A DNA stretch of 64,000 nucleotides from Leucoraja ocellata. Taxonomy: Eukaryota. A program made the position numbers and the translations under genes. The DNA is taken from the NCBI GenBank assembly GCA_036785375.1, contig JAWMAR010001278.1, forward strand, positions 186,001 to 250,000, read 5' to 3'. Below the pieces are notes generated by a model, which searched no databases, had not been told where the DNA came from, and saw nothing but the letters and a program-made list of their open reading frames with translations. Of the stretch, positions 58,497 through 64,000 are shown piece by piece. The first letter of the stretch is position 1, and each line of letters opens with the position of its first letter.

Positions 58497-59425
58497 GAAT
58501 ATAGAATACATTTATTGTCATTACACAATATTGTGCAACAAAATCCATTGCATCTCCTTCGGTTTAAAAAGAACAAAACACAACAGCCATTGACTCACAT
58601 ATACACAAATCAGTAAATAAATAGGTATTAAAAATATTTTAAAGGTTATTTCGCATTATCTTGCACCACAAATTACATTGTGCTTCCCCCAGTGTTCTCT
58701 GTTAGAGTTAAGTTCTTTTATCACACATGGGTAGAAACTATTTTTTAGTCTACAGAGACCTGTATCACCTCCCAGAGGGTAGCAGAGTGAAAAGGTGATT
58801 GGCAGGGTGTGATGTGCCCTGTTTGATGTTTGTGGCCTGGCGCAAGCATCGGGCCGTGTATATGTCATCCAGGGAGGGTAGTTGAGCGTTTGTGATGCTC
58901 TGTGCAGTTTTTATAACTCTCTGCAGCACCCTCCTCTCAGCCACAGTGCAGCTAGCAAACCACACCAGGATGCCATAGGAGAGGATACTTTCCACTGCCC
59001 ACCGGTAGAAGGACAGCAGCAGCGGATGTGAAACGTTTGTTCCCCGCAGAGACCTCAGGAAATACAGCCGCTGCTGTGACTTCTTCACCAGAGTGACAGT
59101 GTTCATTTGCCATTTGAGGTCCTGGGAGATGTATATTCCCAGAAACTTAAAGTCAGTGACTCTCTCCACCATGTCTCCTTTGATGCAGAGAGGAGCAGGT
59201 TCCACTCTCCTCCTGCTGAAGTCAACAACCAGTTCTTTTGTTTTGGTTGGGTTGAGTACCAGATTATTTTTAGTGCACCAGACAGTCAGTTTTTGGACTT
59301 CATCTCTGTAGGCAGACTAGTCGTTGTTATTTATCAGCCCCACCACAGTCGTGTCATCCGCAAACTTGATGATCCGGTTTGTGCTGTGTGTTGGTGTGCA
59401 GTCATAGGTGTATATTGTGTATAAG
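58497..59425 (-). mobile_element. Rex1/Babar LINE 3' fragment nested in Tx1
   Basis: FADDT..FKFLGIYISQDLKW..QQRLYFLRSL..SHPANHLF. Confidence 0.8.
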
Positions 59426-62190
59426 ATGGGACTCAGCACTGTCTTGCTCTCTGAACCCCTTTAAATATGAAGAACCTCTTGATGTTTTCCTGGGTTGCTT
59501 CCCACCAGTGTGTCGGGGAGTCAAAGAGGGGCCTCACCGTTGTCCAACATGCATAGTCCCTCTTTAGCTCCTCAATGTACTCTGGGGTTAACAGCTTCAC
59601 ATTTAACTTCCACGTCCCTCTGCCTTCCGATACACATTAGTCAGCTGGAGCGGAGAGCCACGGTACATTACATCCACCACCAGGAGAAGCCCCCTCCCCC
59701 CTCCAACCACCTCCATGACCTCAGTGATGGTGAATCTCCCTCCCCGCAGCAAGATCCCCGGACCGGAAGCGCGGAAATCATTGCCTCCCCCGACCGTACC
59801 GACAATCCGTGTGGCCCAGATACTGTGAGGCGTTTACACATCGCACAGCGTTCTTCACACTGCGCACGTTTAGCGAGGCCAGTTTTAGCTCCATTGCCCT
59901 TAAATTGTCACTGACCATGATCTTGTCCTCTCATGCCCACCGCTTTGGTGAATTGCAGCACCGTTTCTGGGCTCAGGTACTGGGTGCTGGCATCCTCAAG
60001 GAGGGGGGTCTCCTCTGGCGTAGCTGAAGTTGTTGGAGGGACCCTCCTTGTTCCACCCACTTCTGGGCGCAGCGCCCCCTCCGTCTCCTGTAGCTGGCGT
60101 ACGGTGGCTGATTCAGTGTTCCCGGACTCCTGGAGCTGGAGCCCATTGGCTGCTGCACTGTTCCCGGTCTCCCGGAGCTGGGGCCCATTGGCTGCTGCAC
60201 TGTTCCCGGTCTCCCGGAGCTGGAGCCCATTGGCCGCTGCACTGTTCCCGGTCCTGCAGGACAACAAGCGAGTCCTTTCCCTTTCCGATCTCCTCTCCCG
60301 TTTTCTTCCTCTGCCTCCGTCGCCGGGTCCACGATGTCGCCTCCTCCTCCTCCGAGGGGAGGTTTCTGCCTACACTGCACTCCCTCAATAGCAAGAATGT
60401 CCCTCAAATTAGGAGATCAAACTGCAAGTTAGGAGACCAAAACTATGTCCCCTGGCCCTCGATTCCCCTACTCTGGGCAAGAGATTCTGTGCGTTTACCA
60501 GATCTATTCCTCTTGATTTTGTACACCTCTATAAGGCCCTCATCCTCATGCGCTCCAAGGAATAGAGTCCCAGACTACTAAACCTTTCCCCGTAGCTCAG
60601 ACCCTCGAGTCCTGGCAACATCCTCGTAAACATTTGGCATTTTCCCAATGACTCTACTGAACTACTGTATACTTCCTATCGGGATGCATCACAGCTTGGT
60701 TTGGGAACAGCTCTGCCCAAGACCGTAAAAAAATACACAGAGAGTTGTGGACGTAGCCCGGTCCCTGTCACACAAACCAACCTCGCCCCTCGCCTATCGC
60801 CCCATATCTGAGGAAGGAGGTGCTGGTTCTTGAGAGGGTCCAGAGTAGGTTTACAAGAATGATTCCAGGACTTAGTGGGTTAGCGTCTGATGAGCGATTG
60901 ACGGCACTGGGCCCGTACTCGCTGGCGTTTAGAAGATTGAGGGGGGAACCTCATTTAAATGTATAGAATAGTGAAAGGCCTGCATACAGTGGATGTGGGA
61001 AGGATGTTTCCATTGGTGAGAGAGTCTAGGACCAGAGATAGCCTCAGAATTAAAGGGCGCTCTTTTAGAAAGGAGGTAAGGAGCAATTTCATTAGTCAGT
61101 TGTGGAGAAAATTGAATTATTTGCCACAGAGGGCAAGTCAATGGATATTTTTAAGGCAGATATGGACACATTCCTGATTGGAACGGATGTCAAGGGTTAT
61201 GGGGAGAAGGCAGGAAAATGGGATTGGGAGGCTGAGATCAGGCATGATTGAATGGGGGAATAGGCTTGATGGGCCGAATGGCCTAATTCTACTCCGATAA
61301 CTTGTGAACTTGCAACTCCATCTACACCACGCTGCCTCGGGAAAACTACCAACATAATCAAGGGCCACTCACACCGCAGCCATTCCCTCTTCTCCCCTCT
61401 CCCATCGGGAGGCACGGTGGCACAGCGGTAGAGCTGCTGCCTTACAGCTAATACTGCACTGAAGACCCAGGTTCGATATCTTCTCATCCCTCAACATATA
61501 GAATTATAAAATGGCTGGACAAGCTAGATGCAGGAAAAATTTTCCCAATGTTGGGCGAGTCCAGAAGCAGAAGACAGTGGAGGCCAAGTCACTGGATGGA
61601 TTTAAGAGCGAGTTAGATAGAGCTCTAGGGGCTTGTGGAATCAAGTGATGTAGGGAGAAGGCAGGCACGGGTTATTGATTGGGGACGATCAGCCATGATC
61701 ACAATGAATGGCGATGCTGGCTCAAAGGGCCGAATGGCCTCCTCCTGCGTCTATTTTCTATGTTTCTCCCTCTTTCCCTCCTTGTTTCTCTCCCTGCTTC
61801 CCTCCCCCTCCATCCTCTCCCTCCCTTCCTCTCACCTCCCCTCCTTTCCCCGGTCCCTCTCCCCTTCCTCCCACCCTCATCCCTCTCCCTATCCGTGTTC
61901 TCCAGAAGGGTTTCGGCCCGAAACGTCGCCTATTTCCTTCGCTCCATAGATGCTGCTGCACCCGCTGAGTTTCTCCAGCAATTTTGTGTACCTTCGATCT
62001 TCCAGCATCTGCAGTTCCTTCTTGAAAACCATAGTCTCTGTTTAGGCTAATGGAAGGGAGGAAGAGAGAGAGAGAGAGACAATGCTGATAAAGACGGGAG
62101 CCGAGAGCTTATTTGAACACAATTAGCTGCTTCCTCACTAAAGCCAAACACGTCCACTCTCTCCAACACATCCTGACTATTCCCAGGTAC

Positions 62191-63540
62191 AATTGTCTGT
62201 TTAATAACCCGATGCCCCCCTCCTCCATCGCCCCTCCCCCCCCCCCCCTCTCCCATCCTCCTTCCCCTTCCCCCTCCCTCCCTCTCACCACCCCCCTCCC
62301 CCCCGACTCGCCCCTCCCCTCCTTTCCTCGGTCCCTCCCTCCTTCATTCCTTCCTTCCTCCCCCTCCCTTCCCTCCCCCCTCTCTCACTCCCTTCCTTCC
62401 CCTCTCCCATCCTCCTCTCTCCCTCCCTCATCCCTCTCCCTATCCGTGTGCTCCAGAGATGCTGCCTGTCCCGCTGAGTTACTCCAGCACTCTGTGTGTC
62501 CAATGCCTGTGTCGGGGTCTGGGTTGGTCTCTGTGTCGGGACATCCTGGAGACAGTTGTTGAGCGTCGGGGAGGTTCCCGGACGATGCCGCCCACAAGGC
62601 GAGAAGGTTTTTCATCCATCGCCGAGGTCAAGATGTCCCAGAATAATCTGGCTGCTGTGTTTCTCCTCCTCGCCACGTTGGCTCACAGGGGCTGCGCTTG
62701 TATGAACTGTGACCGCCGGCTCTGCTCCACGTTCCTGGACCTGATCAACCGCTGTCTGATGTTTCAGAAACAACTGCAGATGCTGGAAAAATCGAAGGTA
62801 AACAAAAATGCTCGAGAAACTCAGCGGGTGAGGCAGCGTCTGTGGAACAGAGGAGTAGGCGACGTCACATATTCTTTCGTTCCATAGACGCTGCCTCACC
62901 CGCTGAGTTTCTCCAGCATTTTTGTTTATCTTCGATTTTTCCAGCATCTGCAGTTGTCCCGACACAGAGACCAACCCAGGCCCCGACACAAACATTGGCA
63001 GAGTGTTGGAGTAACTCAGCGGGACAGGCAGCATCTCTGGAGAACACGGATAGGGAGAGGGATGAGGAAGGGTGGGAGGGAGTGAAGGAGAGGGGGGGGG
63101 GGGGGGGGAGGGAGGGAGGGAGGTGAAGGAGGGGGAGGGAAGCAGAGAGAGAAAGAAGGAGGGGGGAGGGAGAGAGGTAGGAGGGAGGGGGGGAGGGACA
63201 GATGAATAAATATATGGTGAGTGGGAGGATGGGAGAGGGGGAAGGAAGGGAGTGAGAGAGAGGAAGGGAGGAGTGGGAGAGAAGAAGGGAGGAACCGGGG
63301 AAGGAGGAGAGGGAGGGTGGGGGTGGGGGGGGGAGGGTGGGGAAGAGGGAGGGTGAGGGGAGAGGGTGGGATGGAGGTAAAGGAGGAGGGAGGGAGGAGA
63401 GAGGGAGGGAAGGGAGATGGGGAGGGAGGGACAGAGGAAGAGAGGTATGGTGAGTGGGAGGTTAGGTCAGGAAGGGGAGGAGGAGCAGGGAAGGAGGGGC
63501 GGGGAGGGAGTGGGAGAATCGGGTTATTAAACAGACAATT
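62191..63540. repeat. Imperfect inverted duplication (arms ~62191-62543 and ~62955-63540)
   Basis: AATTGTCTGTTTAATAACCCGAT at 62191 is the reverse complement of 63518-63540; TGTGTCGGGG.CTGGGTTGGTCTCTGTGTCGGGACA is mirrored at 62955. Confidence 0.8.
62633..62761 (+). CDS. Possible IZUMO-family first coding exon (signal peptide plus CxxCD), truncated
   Basis: MSQNNLAAVFLLLATLAHRGCA|CMNCDRRLCSTFLDLINRCLM in a unique island, running into a Penelope-derived repeat. Confidence 0.4.
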
Positions 63541-63740
63541 NNNNNNNNNNNNNNNNNNNNNNNNNNNNNNNNNNNNNNNNNNNNNNNNNNNNNNNNNNNN
63601 NNNNNNNNNNNNNNNNNNNNNNNNNNNNNNNNNNNNNNNNNNNNNNNNNNNNNNNNNNNNNNNNNNNNNNNNNNNNNNNNNNNNNNNNNNNNNNNNNNNN
63701 NNNNNNNNNNNNNNNNNNNNNNNNNNNNNNNNNNNNNNNN
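63541..63740. other. Assembly gap (200 N)
   Basis: Run of N. Confidence 1.
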
Positions 63741-64000
63741 TCGGGCCCTTCGAGCCAGCACCGCCATTCATTGTGATGATGGCTGATCGTCCCCAATCAA
63801 TAACCCGTGCCTGCCTTCTCCCCATATCCCTTGATACCATTTGCCCCGGGAGCTCTATCTAACTCTCTCTTAAATCCATCCGTGACTTGGCCTCCACATC
63901 CCTCTGTGGCAGGGAATTACACAAATTCACAACTCTCTGGGTGAAAACGTTTTTTCTCACCTCAGTCTTAAATGGCTTCCCCTTTATTCTAAGACTGTGG

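Larger units (their letters stand above)
53735..60372 (-). mobile_element. Tx1-clade LINE, largely complete but fragmented
   Basis: ORF1 C-terminus with 3x42-bp repeats (60118-60250), APE start MELKLASLNVRSV near 59894, RT NWRPITLLNVDYKIL, LDQEKAFD, YMDD, and a C-terminal CPWDGC..ETVAH. Confidence 0.8.

Overview
Repeat-dense vertebrate genomic DNA, most likely from a cartilaginous fish (skate/ray-type HE1/V-SINEs, CR1, Rex1, Penelope, Tx1 and L1 debris; taxon inferred from repeat content). Host genes: (1) a plus-strand inhibitory Siglec-like gene (31031-51461: signal peptide, sialic-acid-binding V-set with the essential Arg, C2-set domains, TM, two ITIMs). Its third Ig exon is destroyed (Cys loss, frameshift, LINE insertion) but can be skipped in frame to give a 448-aa ORF. 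(2) Decayed PRDM9-like remnants in tail-to-head order: a zinc-finger exon at about 2.05-2.44 kb, then a CpG promoter with germline-type motifs and KRAB exons at 4.5-6.9 kb. No SET domain was seen. (3) A possible IZUMO-like signal-peptide/CxxCD exon at the centre of an inverted duplication next to an assembly gap. Notable mobile DNA: a hAT-Tip100-like element hosting a Hero/R2-like RLE retrotransposon whose 3' end is duplicated at its 5' end, non-autonomous Helitrons with canonical ends, a CAAAG-ended MITE family with 8-bp TSDs (P or hAT), Penelope fragments with hammerhead-like cores, and several nested or repair-type insertions. All family assignments come from motif recognition by eye; no searches were run.
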